Origin: Eledone cirrhosa
Taxonomy: Eukaryota
Length of the DNA stretch: 64,000 bases
Direction of reading: 5' to 3'
Assembly: GCA_964016885.1 (NCBI GenBank)
Contig: OZ024757.1
Coordinates: 37,634,001 to 37,698,000, forward strand
Both the position numbers and the translations under genes were made by a program. Positions 1 to 16,512 of the stretch are shown piece after piece. The notes below the pieces were generated by a model that was given only the letters and a program-made list of their open reading frames with translations, ran no database searches and was not told the DNA's origin. Numbering within the stretch: the stretch's first letter is position 1; the number at the start of each line of letters is the position of its first letter.

Positions 1-357
1 ATATATGTATCTATATGTCTGTATATTTGTGTTTATATGTATATATATGTACGTATGTAAGTATATATATGTATGTAAGTATATATATGTATGTAAGTAT
101 ATATATGTATGTGTATATTTGTGTTTATATGTATATATATATGTAAGTGTATGTATCTATATATATATGTAAGTATATATATATATGTATGTAAGTATAT
201 ATATATATATGTGTATATTTGTGTTTATATGTATATATATAAGTGTATGTATCTATATATATATGTAGGTATATATATGAAAGGTAAGTACATATATATA
301 CCTAATCACAGGTGTGTGTGTCTAACTATATTTATACGTATCGTATTTAAAAAATGG

Positions 358-778
358 CATATAAACTACACAAAAGCTACATATAAACTACACAAAAGCT
401 ACATATAAGCTACACATAAACTACACAAAAGCTAAATATAAGCTACATATAAACTACATATAAACTACATATAAACTACATATAAACTACACATAAGCTA
501 CATATAAGATACACAGAAGCTACATATAAACTACATAAAAGCTACATATAAACTACACAAAAGCTACATATAAACTACACATAAGCTACAAATAAACTAC
601 ACAAAAGCTACATATAAACTACACATAAGCTACATATAAACTACACAAAAGCTACATAGAAACTACACAAAAGCTACATATAAACTACACAAAAGCTACA
701 TATAAACTACACAAAAGCTACATATAAGCTAGACATAAGCTACATATAAGCTACACAAAAGCTACATATAAACTACAT
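358..778. repeat. 22-bp minisatellite (ATAAACTACACAAAAGCTACAT, two 11-bp subunits)
   Basis: About 19 tandem, slightly variable units visible directly. Confidence 0.95.
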
Positions 779-999
779 GTTTTTTGCCGTCAGTTTTTAG
801 TATTTAACATTTATTGAAATATACAGATGAAGTCGAGCAAATAAAAATCGGTTAAAATAGGCGAGTAAACATCAGAAAAGAAATGTCTTTTTAAATACCA
901 ATACTTCTGTAATATGTAAAAAAGTAGATTAGTTATAATAGAATACATTTGTAACAAGCTTCTTGTAGACATAAAACATACAGGTAGGATAGAATATTT

Positions 1000-1055
<56 letters not shown>

Positions 1056-1097
1056 GCATATATAAGGTAAAGTCACACACATACATACACACACGCA

Positions 1098-1157
<60 letters not shown>

Positions 1158-1379
1158 TATATAAGATAAAGACACACACACACACAGACATATATATATA
1201 AAAGTGCGTTTACTATTCCCGAATCCAGGAAGACCGACGTTTTACACGTAAATATACAAAGGCTTTAATACTATAGATAGGCAGACATACAGAGAGATAG
1301 ATATATAGATAGAGGAAGATTCATATATATAGATATATTTCTTTATTTGTCACAGGCAGACAAACAGAGATAAACATGT

Positions 1380-1412
<33 letters not shown>

Positions 1413-1414
<2 letters not shown>

Positions 1415-1585
1415 ACCCCGACGGCAGATCTCAAGCCGGTTTCGACTGCTATTTCTGGACCGTCGAAACGGCTTGAGCTCTGCCGTCGGGGTCATACTTT
1501 TTCCTATAACCCACTCTACTACCTTAAGTATTGAGTACTCTGGTGCGTTATGGTCCATTTGGTTCCTTACCACATCTCCTTCGTC
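1413..1585 (+). mobile_element. Penelope-like short element, family C (fold-back end, 3' half of hammerhead)
   Basis: Flanked by (TA)n. Inverted arms 1414-1446 and 1462-1493. GAAAC-GGC...GCC-GTC at 1465-1487. Homologous copies at 17478, 24763 and 51112. Confidence 0.65.
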
Positions 1586-1610
1586 ATATATATATATATA
1601 TATATATATA

Positions 1611-1839
1611 TGGTTATCATTTATTTTTTATCATTTATTTTGTTTTGACCTGTTTAGCTTGATTTGTTTTTTGGCTTGGGTGGTTAATGCCTTCTTGACC
1701 ACTTTTTCAGTTTTGTGTGGCTTCTTAACACATTGTTTAGCTCTGGTTTTTAACTATTGAGCACTTTGCCAGTGTCATTTCTGATTTTTGCGTTTCGTTT
1801 CGCCTTTCCTGCCCGCCGAAATGTGATTCTCGCTGAATC

Positions 1840-1847
<8 letters not shown>
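1611..1847. mobile_element. TA-embedded dispersed repeat, diverged inverted homolog of 2331-2535
   Basis: Its reverse complement shares anchors AGCGAGAATC, ATTTCGGC, GCTCAAT, AACCAGAGCTA and GGTCAAA in order with 2331-2535. Confidence 0.55.
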
Positions 1848-1882
<35 letters not shown>

Positions 1883-1894
1883 TATACATATAAA

Positions 1895-2287
1895 TATACG
1901 GGATAACAAATTATTGTTATAGGTAGTCCACTTAGATGTAGTCCAGTTAGGTTACTCTGAGTAGTGGATAGTATCAACACTTGGCTAAGTTTGACTCAAC
2001 AAGGCGTTTCCATAGTGATGCTGCGAGTACGCGGTGATTTCTATGTTGTTTACACTTGGAGTAATGATAAATCAAGAAAGAGTGACACAGTTTGCTATAC
2101 AATAAGGGCTTTAAGCACATTCTCGCAACCTCTGATGAATTGACTGGTTATAACTATGTATTGGTGATCGATTGACGCAGAAACAGGTGGGGTAGCGATC
2201 TCTAGACCTACCAGTTCAGAGAAACAATTGTCAGCTATGTGATTAAAGCCCTTATTGAATAGCAAACCGTGTCACTCTTCTTTCTTG

Positions 2288-2292
<5 letters not shown>
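1895..2292. mobile_element. Penelope-like element remnant with ~52 bp inverted repeat enclosing a hammerhead motif
   Basis: IR 2069-2120 / 2237-2291; (TA)n on both sides; CTGATGA at 2132 and GAAAC-AATT-GTC at 2221-2232. Confidence 0.6.
2128..2236 (+). ncRNA. Putative minimal type-I hammerhead ribozyme with extended stem II
   Basis: ACCT-CTGATGA...TGACTGGT/ACCAGTTCA...GAAAC-AATT-GTC-AGCT; palindromic loop III; stem I has one mismatch. Confidence 0.5.
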
Positions 2293-2330
<38 letters not shown>

Positions 2331-2332
<2 letters not shown>

Positions 2333-2535
2333 AATATAAATTAGCGAGAATCGTATTTCGGCTTAGGAATTAACGAAAAACAACTTCCGAGATGTGTGGC
2401 AAGCGCTCAATGATTCAGATGAACCAGAGCTACAGCATACTTTAAAGGCCAAACACACTGAGACGATGGTTAAACAATCAACCGCACAACCAAAGCAACG
2501 ACCAAGTAATTCGGGTCAAACAAATAAAAAAATAT
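2331..2535. mobile_element. TA-embedded dispersed repeat, homolog of 1611-1847
   Basis: Collinear with the reverse complement of 1611-1847. Confidence 0.5.
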
Positions 2536-3009
2536 ATGTGATTGAAAATTTATAAATATATATAGACTGTAACACAGATAGAGATATATATACATAGAAA
2601 GACAGATAGTGAGACCTATATGTAAGTAGATAGAGGGATATATAGATAGACAGTTATATAGAGGAGGAGATGGAGAGTTAGATACATAGATAGACAGACA
2701 GACTTTCAGGTATGATATATATTTACACCTGTTCGTGTATAATTTTGTCCCCACAGGGTATAAACTTAAACACTGTATGAAAACCACTGTGCTAAACAAG
2801 ATAGAAAGGAAAAGGAAGCCAACAAACAAACATATACTATGGTGTTTACCATTTCTTGGAAGACTTGCAGCGCAGTTACCTAACACAGCCATGAAGATGA
2901 AAGGAAGTATTTGGCAAAGCAAAGGGAGAGAATTATTATTTCTATTACATTCTTGGATTTAGTTCGATGGATTTCATAGGAGACACAGTTTCTTTGTGCT
3001 ATAGAATTT

Positions 3010-3031
3010 GTATATATGTATGTATATATCA

Positions 3032-3066
<35 letters not shown>

Positions 3067-3495
3067 TATATAGTTGTATATATATAATATATATATATAT
3101 ATGTATATTATATAGTGTATATATATAATATATATATATATATGTATATATATTATATAGTGTATATATATAATATATATATATATATATATGTATATAT
3201 ATTATATAGTGTATATATATAATATATATATATATATATGTATATATATTATATAGTGTATATATATATATATATTATATAGTGTATATATATAGTGTAT
3301 ATTATATAATATATATATATAGTGTATATATATAATATATATATATATATATATGTATATATATTATATAGTGTATATATATATATAGTGTATATATATA
3401 ATATATATATATATATATAGTGTATATATATAATATATATATATGTATATATATTATATAGTGTATATATATAATATATATATATTATATAGTGT

Positions 3496-3530
<35 letters not shown>

Positions 3531-3689
3531 TATATAGTGTATATATATATATAATATATATATATATATTATATAGTGTATATATATATATAATATATAT
3601 ATATATATTATATAGTGTATATATATATAATATATATATATATATTATATAGTGTATATATATAATATATATATATATATTGTATAGTG

Positions 3690-3720
<31 letters not shown>

Positions 3721-4345
3721 GTGTATATATATAATATATATATATATATATATTATATAGTGTATATATATAATATATATATATATATATATTATATAGT
3801 GTATATATATAATATATATATATATGTTATATAGTGTATATATATAATATATATATATATATATTATATAGTGTATATATATAATATATATATATATATT
3901 ATATAGTGTATATATATAATATATATATATATATATTATATAGTGTATATATATAATATATATATATATATTATATAGTGTATATATATAATATATATAT
4001 ATATATTATATAGTGTATATATATAATATATATATATATATATATTATATAGTGTATATATATAATATATATATATATATATTATATGTGTATATATATA
4101 ATATATATATATATATTATATAGTGTATATATATAATATATATATATATATTATATAGTATATATATATAATATATATATTATATAGTGTATATATATAA
4201 TATATATATATATATATTATATAGTGTATATATATAATATATATATATATATATTATATAGTGTATATATATAATATATATATATTATATAGTGTATATA
4301 TATAATATATATATTATATAGTATATATATATATATTATATAGCA
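3010..4345. repeat. (TA)n-derived minisatellite, core TATTATATAGTGTATATATATAAT
   Basis: About 30 tandem units of variable TA length. Confidence 0.95.
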
Positions 4346-4874
4346 TTTATATAGTATTTATATATATGTCTGCCATTGTAAGTTACTGTTTGTCATTGTG
4401 TCACACACTGTGAGTGAATGTGTGCCAATGTGCATGTATGTCAGTATATGTGTGTCAGTATGAGTATATCATTATCTGTTTGTCACTATATCTATGTCTC
4501 ACTGCCTGTCATCATGTACGTCATCCAAAGCCACTATTAACAGAAATTTCGAAACACGTGCCTACGTGTTTTCATGTCGATGTAAATTCAATAGTAAATT
4601 GTATAAATCGGTATTGTATAAAGTTTATGTATAACTGCATCAGTATATTTAAACTTCTCATTGGATGTAATTCTCAATATGTAACAATCTAAACTGCCTA
4701 CAATAGCAAGGCAAATCTAAAGGCAGTCTGCTCTTTAATCTTTCAAAGCCACCATTTCTTATCTAACACTATAATGGAATCTCAATAGATATAGAATCTT
4801 GAAATGAGATATTTCGCTTGATGGAGTAAAATGTCATTTTCTATGGAAACTACAAGCTATGCAAATTAGATTTT

Positions 4875-4877
<3 letters not shown>

Positions 4878-4927
<50 letters not shown>

Positions 4928-4978
4928 GTCTCTCTCTGACTCTCTCTGTCTCTCTCTGTCTCTCTCTTTCTCTCTCTT

Positions 4979-5056
<78 letters not shown>

Positions 5057-5262
5057 CCCCCCCCTCTCTCCCCCTCCCTCTCTCTCTCTCCCTCTCTCTC
5101 TCTCCCTCTCCTCCCTCTCTCTCTACCTCTCCCCTATCTCTCTCGTCTCTCTCTCTCCTCTCTCTCTCTCCTCTCTCTCTCTCCTCTCTCTCTCGTCTCT
5201 CTCTCCTCCTCTCTCTCGTCTCTCTCTCCCTCCTCTCTCTCCTCTCTCTCTCTCTCTCTTCT
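4878..5262. repeat. (CT)n polypyrimidine microsatellite
   Basis: Direct reading. Confidence 0.95.
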
Positions 5263-5685
5263 TCAGAATTACACGAACCAATCGCTTACCTGTACAGTGG
5301 GTCGGTTGGTAGGTAGATAAGTAGATAGTTAGTTAAACAGGTATATATACACATGTGCATATATATATATATGTATGTGTATCATATATGTGTGAATGTA
5401 TTATATATGTGTATATATGTATGTATGTCTATATATATGTGTGTGTATATATGTATGTGTATATATGTGTGTGTGTGCATATATGTATGTATATATATAT
5501 ATATATGTGTGTGTGTGTATAATATATTTGTGTAAAATATATATATATATTATATATGTAAATCTGTGTATGAAATATATATAAATTATATATGTATAAT
5601 ATATCTGTATGGTATATATATTATATATATATCATATATTTGTGTATAATATATATATCTTATATATGAATAATATATTTGTGTA

Positions 5686-5718
<33 letters not shown>

Positions 5719-5860
5719 TATATACACACACACACACAATGTTTCAAGACATTGCAGCATTACAGTGACATTCTTGGATTTTAACCTTTTCAAAACACAC
5801 AATTAGCCTCATATTCCACCTTGTATATTGGCACAGATCTGTCAAGGCACTTTTTATGCA

Positions 5861-5908
<48 letters not shown>

Positions 5909-5984
5909 CAGAGATATCCACGAAACGGTCGTAAAGCAGTGAAGTATATTTCTAATGACTTGAATTTTTATTTCATTGTTTTAA

Positions 5985-6036
<52 letters not shown>

Positions 6037-6651
6037 TATACACATAAAAGAAATATATATATACATATAAAAGAAATATATATATATATATATATATAAT
6101 AGAGAGAGAATGAGTGAACTAAAAGCGAAATTAGTTTTTAACACATCGATCTCGCTGTGTAGATGGAATGGTGAGAGTATGTGTATCTGTGACTAACATA
6201 TCCAGATGGCAGCACTGTAATACATGGGCATAGAAAATACCAAACGATGCAGATCACAGCACCAATATTCATATGCATACCAAGACCAACATATGCACAT
6301 GGCTGCACCAATATGCATGTGAAGAAAAGTGACGTATGTGCATCACAACACCAATATATACGTATGTACATAAACTAGGCCAACATATCACTGCATGAAT
6401 ACACTTGTGCATATCAAACCCTATATATGCACATCACTGCACAAATATATATACGTATATAGCAGGAACAACACATGCATATTGCAGCACTAAACTCTCA
6501 TGCATTAAAGGTCCCTGTATATATATCACTGCAGTACAAATATGCATATGTATATCGAGACTAAGATATGCACAACAATGCTTTGACACTAATACACATG
6601 ACAAGCAATACACATGCGTATATATATATATATATACACACACACACGCAC

Positions 6652-6703
<52 letters not shown>

Positions 6704-6705
6704 TC

Positions 6706-6741
<36 letters not shown>

Positions 6742-6743
6742 CC

Positions 6744-6826
<83 letters not shown>

Positions 6827-6851
6827 CATATACATATACATATATATATAC

Positions 6852-6898
<47 letters not shown>

Positions 6899-7094
6899 CA
6901 TACATAAATACAAATATATATATACACATACACACATATATATATGTCTATATTTACATACATACTTTTGTATATACACACACACACACACACATATATA
7001 TATGTATATATATATTTACATTCACACGTATATATATACACATATATACACACACATATATATATGTCTATATATATATACATACATACTTTTG

Positions 7095-7125
<31 letters not shown>

Positions 7126-8257
7126 GTATATATATATATAGACACATATATATATGTATTTATATATATATACAAAAGTATGTATGTATATATATATAGA
7201 CATATATATATATATGTATATATATAAATATACACATATATATATATATGTATATATATATATGTGTGTGTGTGTATATATATGTATATATATATGTATA
7301 TATATATTTGTATATATATATTTGTATATATGTATATATATTTACATTCACACGTATTATTTATTTAAGGATAAAACCTATAAATGTTGCGAACCAGATC
7401 TTTGATCGAACAATCAATTAACTTGATTGACAGCAAAGGTCAACTGTTGACCGATCGTTTACTCCAAGGTAAAGAAAAGTGTCTTAGCAGGGGGCTTCCT
7501 GAACAGCTGAACGCGGCCTGCCAAGATGGTGGCCTTTCACTTGAAAGCTCTATCACACAGTAACTTTTGAAAACTCGCTTAGGCTTTTTATTATATTCAT
7601 TTCATTTATTTATAAAGATGTATGATTCTGTAGAAGAGTTAAAGCTGTATGTGTGTGTGTGTGTCTACTTAGTTTAGCACCTGCAAGTACAGCTTCTACG
7701 AATCGTATATAAATATATACTGTGTGTGTGTGTGTGTATATATCTGTGTGTGTGTATATATATCTGTGTGTGTATGCATATATATGTATATATGTAAGTA
7801 TATATGTATATATATATATATGTGTGTGCTGTGTATGCATATATATATATGTAAGTATATATATATATATATATGCATATATGTGTGTAGATATGTATGT
7901 AAATATATATATGCATATATCTGTGTCTATATATGTGTGTATATACGTATGTACATATATGTGTATATATGTATATATATTTGCGTATATGTATAGATAT
8001 CTGCGTGCATGTGGGTGAACAATTGTACGTAGAACTGACAAATGTTTGTGAGCGCAAAGTATTAAGATTGCAAAGGAAATACCAATCCCTACAGAGTTAT
8101 ATATGGTAGGGTGTTGGTAGGGAGTCTAGTATAGCTTCCTTGCTTACTGTTAAGATTTATGAATAGAAAAAAATGTCATGTTGATATAAAACTTGATACC
8201 AATAGGAAGACATAAGCAAGTCGTTGTATATGTGGCATTTTATCGTCACTTTAACTC

Positions 8258-8495
8258 AGGGTTTCCCAGCCTGGGTAATTTCAATCACCGTTGGGCGATT
8301 TAAACTTTGGGTCGGGGATGAGTAACTGAACGCAAACTGGTGGACAATGGGTGGACGATATAGAATTTTGAGTATTACATAATGTAATTCATGTCAGCTT
8401 GTATTCTTACCTTTAAATTAGGGTTTCAAAACGTGGGCCATATCGCCCAACGGTGGGTGATTTCAACTGTTGGGTGGGGATTGTACAACTGAACA
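8258..8495 (+). mobile_element. Two tandem hAT-MITE-like left-end fragments
   Basis: CAGGGTTTCCCAGC and TAGGGTTTCAAAAC starts resemble hAT-type TIRs; both are followed by similar ...GGGGAT...AACTGAAC sequence. Confidence 0.3.
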
Positions 8496-8684
8496 ATTTA
8501 TATTTATGTGTGTATGTATATATACATATATATAGTGACGAAACATAAGTCATTGCTATATATATATATATATATATATACATACACACAAATATAAATA
8601 TACTTTTCTATTACATATATATATATATACATATATATATATATTTGAAAAAAATGAAACGAAATTTCATTTCTCTTACATACT

Positions 8685-10545
<1,861 letters not shown>

Positions 10546-10586
10546 TATGAAATATAAGAATCAAAGAACTGTTCAAAACATTATTG

Positions 10587-10633
10587 TGCTTACAGATGTT
10601 TCCTCCAAACCGAGGTTTGGATTCTTCGGAGCA
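10587..10633 (-). ncRNA. Putative minimal hammerhead (U4C core variant), minus-strand copy
   Basis: TGCT-CCGAAGA-A-TCCAAAC-CTCG-GTTTGGA-G-GAAAC-ATCT-GTA-AGCA. Confidence 0.55.
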
Positions 10634-11065
10634 ATTTATTAATGAATGGACAGTTATATGACCTCCTTTTCAGCCAAGAGACATACCGATACACATGGTA
10701 TATCATTTCTCCACACACAGACTATATCAATCATATAAAGAATTTGCCACCAGATCAACAAACCTAACACTCTTGTTTACCTACCTAAGTGCCTCTACTA
10801 CACGTATCTCTCTGCCACACTATATAAACAAGACTCACGTGCTTGCCACACATATAACATTTGCACTATATAACCGCTTATCTTCATGTTGTATTTTAAC
10901 CTGTATTTTTGATTTTTGATTGTACCTTTTAATATGAATGTATTCTCGAAGTGTGTACTGCCACTCTAAATTCTGTAATGAATGTTGACCCACAATATTT
11001 GCATGTGTATCGGTATGTCTCTTGGCTGAAAAGGAGGTCATATAACTGTCCATTCATTAATAAAT

Positions 11066-11112
11066 TGCTCCGAAGAATCCAAACCTCGGTTTCGAGGAAA
11101 CAGCTGTAAGCA
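11066..11112 (+). ncRNA. Putative minimal hammerhead (U4C core variant), plus-strand copy
   Basis: TGCT-CCGAAGA-stem II-GAAAC-AGCT-GTA-AGCA; perfect stem I, palindromic loop III, GUA cleavage triplet. Confidence 0.6.
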
Positions 11113-11599
11113 CAATAATATTTTGAACAGTTCTTTGATTCTTATATTTCATATAACTGCTCTGTAAAGCATCTGATGTTTTTACATTGAGCTACTTAAC
11201 TTACTGGTAATAAGGTAGTAATACATTACTGCCTACCACTATTTAGGGTTTGTATAAAAAATACATATAACTGCATAAGGTTTTTGTATTTACATAACCA
11301 TAAATAGTATAATTAATACTATATATTTATATATATTTATATTTATATAAATATATATATTTATATATTCATATATATATATATATATTTATATATATAT
11401 TTATATTTATATAAATATATATATTTATATATATATATATTTATATATATTTATATTTATATAAATATATATATTTATATATATATATATTTATATATAT
11501 TTATATTTATATAAATATATATATTTATATATATATATATTTATATATATATATATTTATATATATTTATATTTATATAAATATATATATTTATATATA

Positions 11600-11667
<68 letters not shown>

Positions 11668-11929
11668 TGCAGATATATACATATCAGCCTCGTTTCAAAC
11701 TAACAAGGTTACTAATGTGAACTGAATGGTATATTTAGAGAGCAGAGACATCTAGTGGTTAAACGAAGAGACAAATAAGAACGAAGACTGTATTATGAAG
11801 TTTCTTGTTTTTATTTTAATATTCAAGTCTCTCAGGAGAGAAAAACAAACCATGCTCTCTGCTAGACTGTTGTTTTCTGGTGGTGAGATGATGATGATTA
11901 ATGGTGGCACATGGCTTATGTAGGGGAGA

Positions 11930-12293
11930 CTACACACACAGACTAGACTACACACACACATATATAAACACACAGACACATACACACAGACACATACACA
12001 CAGAGAGACTAGACACACACAGATAGACACACAGACACACAGACACACAATGACACACGCACACACACAGACATACACATACATCTAGACATATAAACAT
12101 ACACACATAAACACACACACACACACACACACGCTTACATACACACAGATACACACACACACATGAACAGACACAGACATCAAACATACAGGCATATACA
12201 TACATTCACAGACACAGACAAAGAGTCGTACACTGGCGTAAACACACACATACACAGATACACACACTGACATAAACACACACACACTGACAT

Positions 12294-12338
<45 letters not shown>

Positions 12339-12390
12339 GACGGATACAGACACACACGGCATACAAAAACACACAGACAGAGACAAAAGA
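11930..12390. repeat. Degenerate (CA)n tract
   Basis: Direct reading. Confidence 0.9.
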
Positions 12391-12469
12391 AACAATGTTT
12401 CCATTAGTCTTTCCAATTGCTAATATTATCTGCAGGTAGCAACTCGTGCCAGAAAAAAACAACGTTAAA

Positions 12470-12564
12470 TAAAGTGTCTTGCTCAAGGACATTATGCATA
12501 ACCCGGTCTGGGGATCAAACTCGTAACCTTACGTTTGCAAATCCAATTCTCTAACCAATAAACC
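12470..12564 (-). mobile_element. tRNA-derived SINE fragment (second family)
   Basis: The minus strand has GGTTAGAG (A-box-like) and GAGTTTGATCCCC (B-box-like), followed by GTCCTTGAGCAAGACACTT; a related fragment lies at ~61090-61130. Confidence 0.55.
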
Positions 12565-13128
12565 TTGTATTATATATTTCCGAGAGAACAGTAAATTCCC
12601 CTCCTCCGATGTCCTTCCCTCGTAAGAATTTCCTTAGGTGAGTTCATCCCCTCCAAAAACATCCATATATTCTGGACAGACGTATTTTATCTCTCAATAT
12701 ATTTCGTTTATCGTTAAAAGTAAAATAAAAACCCTATCAAGCGGGAGATTTCTGCTACAATCTCACATTTCTGCCTTCATCTATATATATGGCATCCACC
12801 ATTTTATACAATTTATTCAGCGCAAGATTCAGTCGAGCGTGTATTTTTAGCAATCACACAATTTAACCATATTTTTTTTTACATTTCTGACGGAGACATT
12901 TTAAATTTTATATTTTTTTCTCTTCGCTAATTCTGTTACAACAATCTGCTAACTTTCTTTAAAGTCCATTTTGTCCTCATCATCGCCCTCACCATATGGA
13001 TGGAGTTGTACTCTTAAGAGAGAAACAACGTCGGCATCTTTCACATCAACCGTCGCTATCCAACATCTTTTCCATCTATCGTCGCTCTCCGATATGTTTC
13101 GCATCTATCGTCGCTCTCTGACAGTCTG

Positions 13129-13289
13129 TAGCAGTGGAGACCTCAGGTGTCCTTGGTCCTAGCACAACCTCCCTACTTACCACCATCGACACTGAGCTAG
13201 CTACCCCTAGCAGTGGAGACCTCTGGTGTCTTTGGTTCTAGGACCACCACCCTACTCACCACCATCTGCACAGAGCTGGCTACCCGTAG
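13129..13289. repeat. 79-bp tandem duplication (two diverged copies)
   Basis: TAGCAGTGGAGACCTC...GAGCT.GCTACCC repeated at 13129 and 13208. Confidence 0.85.
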
Positions 13290-14348
13290 GTGTGAGCCAC
13301 GTGAGATGGAATGGCTACTCTTCCAAGGCGGACTCACACATACGTCTCATATGGAGGCACACAAACACACACATAAACACACACACATATACCCGATTCA
13401 TATACGCACACACACACACACCTCAAACACACACACACACACCTTCATACGCTCATGACGCATATACTCTCCTTAAATGAACACGCACACACACTCATAC
13501 GTACACGCACATATTCACTAATATACACGCCTCATATGCACACGCAAGCACATACACACATACTCATATACACACATACTCATATACACACACTCATGAA
13601 CACACCTCATGAACACGCACACATACTTACATACACACCTCACATGCTCACGTGCACACATACACACACACACACACACCTCATTCGCGTACGCACACTC
13701 ATATACATGCATTATGCACACGCATGCAAACACTCGTATACATACCTCTATGTGCAGGCACACACACACTCATACACACAAGCACTCACACACACACACT
13801 CGTACACACGCACACATACACACACTTATACACACACACTCATACACACAAACACACTCATACACACACACTCATACACACACACACACACACACACTCA
13901 TACACACACACACACACACACACACATACACTCATACACACACACTTTAGTGTCACTCTGTCACGCTATCAATGTATATGTCTGTGTTTTTTAAACTTAT
14001 ACAATCTCTATTTCTTTCTCCCAGGTATTTTCTCTTATCCACCACAAATATTAATTGATACATATTTCTCTAGAATTGATCTAGAGTTTCTCTCTTGGTA
14101 TTTGAAATCTCATATCAAACCAATCATACTTTCAATTACGAATGAGATGAGTAAAATAATTAATTATATATCTGCGGGATAGACTGATATATAAATATAT
14201 ATAATATATATTTATTATTTAATTTACGGGTATATATATATATATATATAAGATCGGCGGCCATATTCAGTTGATTCAGATTCATATATTCATATATATA
14301 TATTATTTACTGTACGGGTATATATATATATAATTTTCTCTATAGGCA

Positions 14349-14437
<89 letters not shown>

Positions 14438-15167
14438 GTGAGTGTAACTGAGATCGTTAATTAATATAGTTTTCCGTTTCACCTCAGAAATCACAATATT
14501 TTAAAATAAAACGTTAAGGCCAGCTACATAACTGAATGGGTAACAACTTAGAAGAGGGTTAATATCTTAAAACAAAAATGGAGAGAGAGATGTGACAGCC
14601 CAAAAATAAGAATTGCATTTCCCTTTTGAAATAAATTTAGGTTTTAAGACAAAAGAGAAGTGATACGCTGATTTCTAGTTCGAAAGAAATGGTTCTGCAA
14701 TGTGTATCTAAATTTGAACGTATTGGCAGTCAATACAAATGCCGGTTTCTACAGTTTGCTGGTTATTAAATTGGCTCTGTTAACTTTTTCTTTTTATATA
14801 CTTCTGTAGCTGTGAACTACGAACTCCTGACCAAGCCAACCTTCAGTCGGCCCATGGCTAAGACGCTGACTATTTCTAAGAAATCACATTTTGTTAGTAT
14901 TAATAAGAAACACATATTCTTACGTTCACTATGCCACGCTATGGAAACGAACAAACCTGATGTTGACAACCGATCTAAAGATTTAAGCTAAACGTGGAAT
15001 ATTTACCTATTAAACCGCGTGGTGGTCCAGTTTACAAAGACTTCTGAAAAGTTGTGTTTCTAGACAAGGAAACTTTCATCTCAGAAAGATTTGCTCATAC
15101 AATGGAAGTTAGACTGAATCGGACAAATTAACAAGAAACAGAAGAATTCAAATGGTTGCCATGATGA

Positions 15168-15230
<63 letters not shown>

Positions 15231-15580
15231 TGTGTATGTATATATATATAAATAACAACAGGTAGAACTACAGCCAAGGAGAACACACTATATATAACAA
15301 TATAGGGCACAGTAGCAGAGTCTAGCAATCAGTGATCGGATGTAGTGTACTGTCACTAGAGGGCGCATTAGACTGGAGAGATATCTGGATAATTAGACTC
15401 CTTAAAATTCTGATAGGAAAGCCAGAGACGGAAGTAACTAGCAGACGATAAAACGATACAACATACAAAGGAAATAGGGAGGGAAAAAATCTATAATTTG
15501 AAACTGAATGTAGGGTTGTATTAATGGTGGTGTAACCCTTTCATGACCATATTTCTAATGAATTACTTCTCTTGGTGGGT

Positions 15581-15780
15581 TCTTCTTCTTTTTCATCTTC
15601 TTTTTCTTCTTCTTTTTCTTCTTCTTCTTTTTCTTCTTCTTTTTCTTCTTTTTCTTGTTCTTTTTCTTTTTCTTGTTCTTGTTCTTTTTATTTTTTCTTT
15701 TCTTTTTATTTTTCTTTTTCTTTTCTTTCTTCTTCTTCGTCTTCGTCTTCGTCTTTTTCTTTTCCTTTTTCTTTTTCTAA
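15581..15780. repeat. (TTC)/(TTTTTC) low-complexity tract
   Basis: Direct reading; abuts an RTE fragment. Confidence 0.9.
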
Positions 15781-15945
15781 CTACATGTCCAAAGTATCGG
15801 AGCTATGATCTCTCAAATCAGAAGTAGCGACTCTACCTGAAGTGAATCTCCAAGACAATTTGCAAGCTCCAAATTTTGTCCAGCGATACTTTCCTGAGAC
15901 ATTCAAACGACATGCCCATAGTATCAGAGTTGTGAACTTACCTGG
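15781..15945 (-). mobile_element. RTE-clade LINE fragment, ~1.5 tandem units
   Basis: Homologous to the units at 47602-48187 and 43640-43818. Confidence 0.7.
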
Positions 15946-16481
15946 CGAGACACTCAATACAAATGGAAAGATATTTATTGCTAATTCTTCAAAATTGTCC
16001 AATCAGCCATGTTCTTCCCAAATTCCTCTGCATTCTACCAACCATTTCCTTTCGAATCTCTTTACAATATCATTCGCTTCCATTCCATTCTATTTTATAA
16101 AACTACAATTGTGAAATTTCCTTGTTTTAAGTATTGTTTACTATTTCCATGTTGTTGTTGTTGTTGTTTGTGTTGTTTTTATTGTTGTTGTTCTTGTTGT
16201 TACAGTTGTTCCATGTAAGTCGTTACATTGTTATTTTTTTTTCGATACATTTGCCTATGGTTGTTGTTTGGTTTTAGCGTTCTTTTCCTACGTGTGTGTT
16301 TTCCGTGTGTATGAAACGTATTGTTTTCACACATACACATACACTCACACACACACTATATATATATATACATACACACATACATATATACACACATACA
16401 TACACACACAAACATGCACACACATAGATATACACATACACATACAGACTCACGTACGCACGCATATATACACACACACAT

Positions 16482-16512
<31 letters not shown>

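Noticed and set aside
2735-2962. 75-aa ORF after an acceptor-like TTTTGTCCCCACAG
   Set aside because: No recognisable homology or partner exon; within chance expectation.
4550-4575. GAAACACGT/ACGTGTTT hairpin resembling HHR stem III
   Set aside because: No CUGANGA core or stem I nearby.
13040-13120. GAAACATATCGG on the minus strand resembling an HHR end
   Set aside because: Part of a degenerate ~29-bp tandem repeat; no core.
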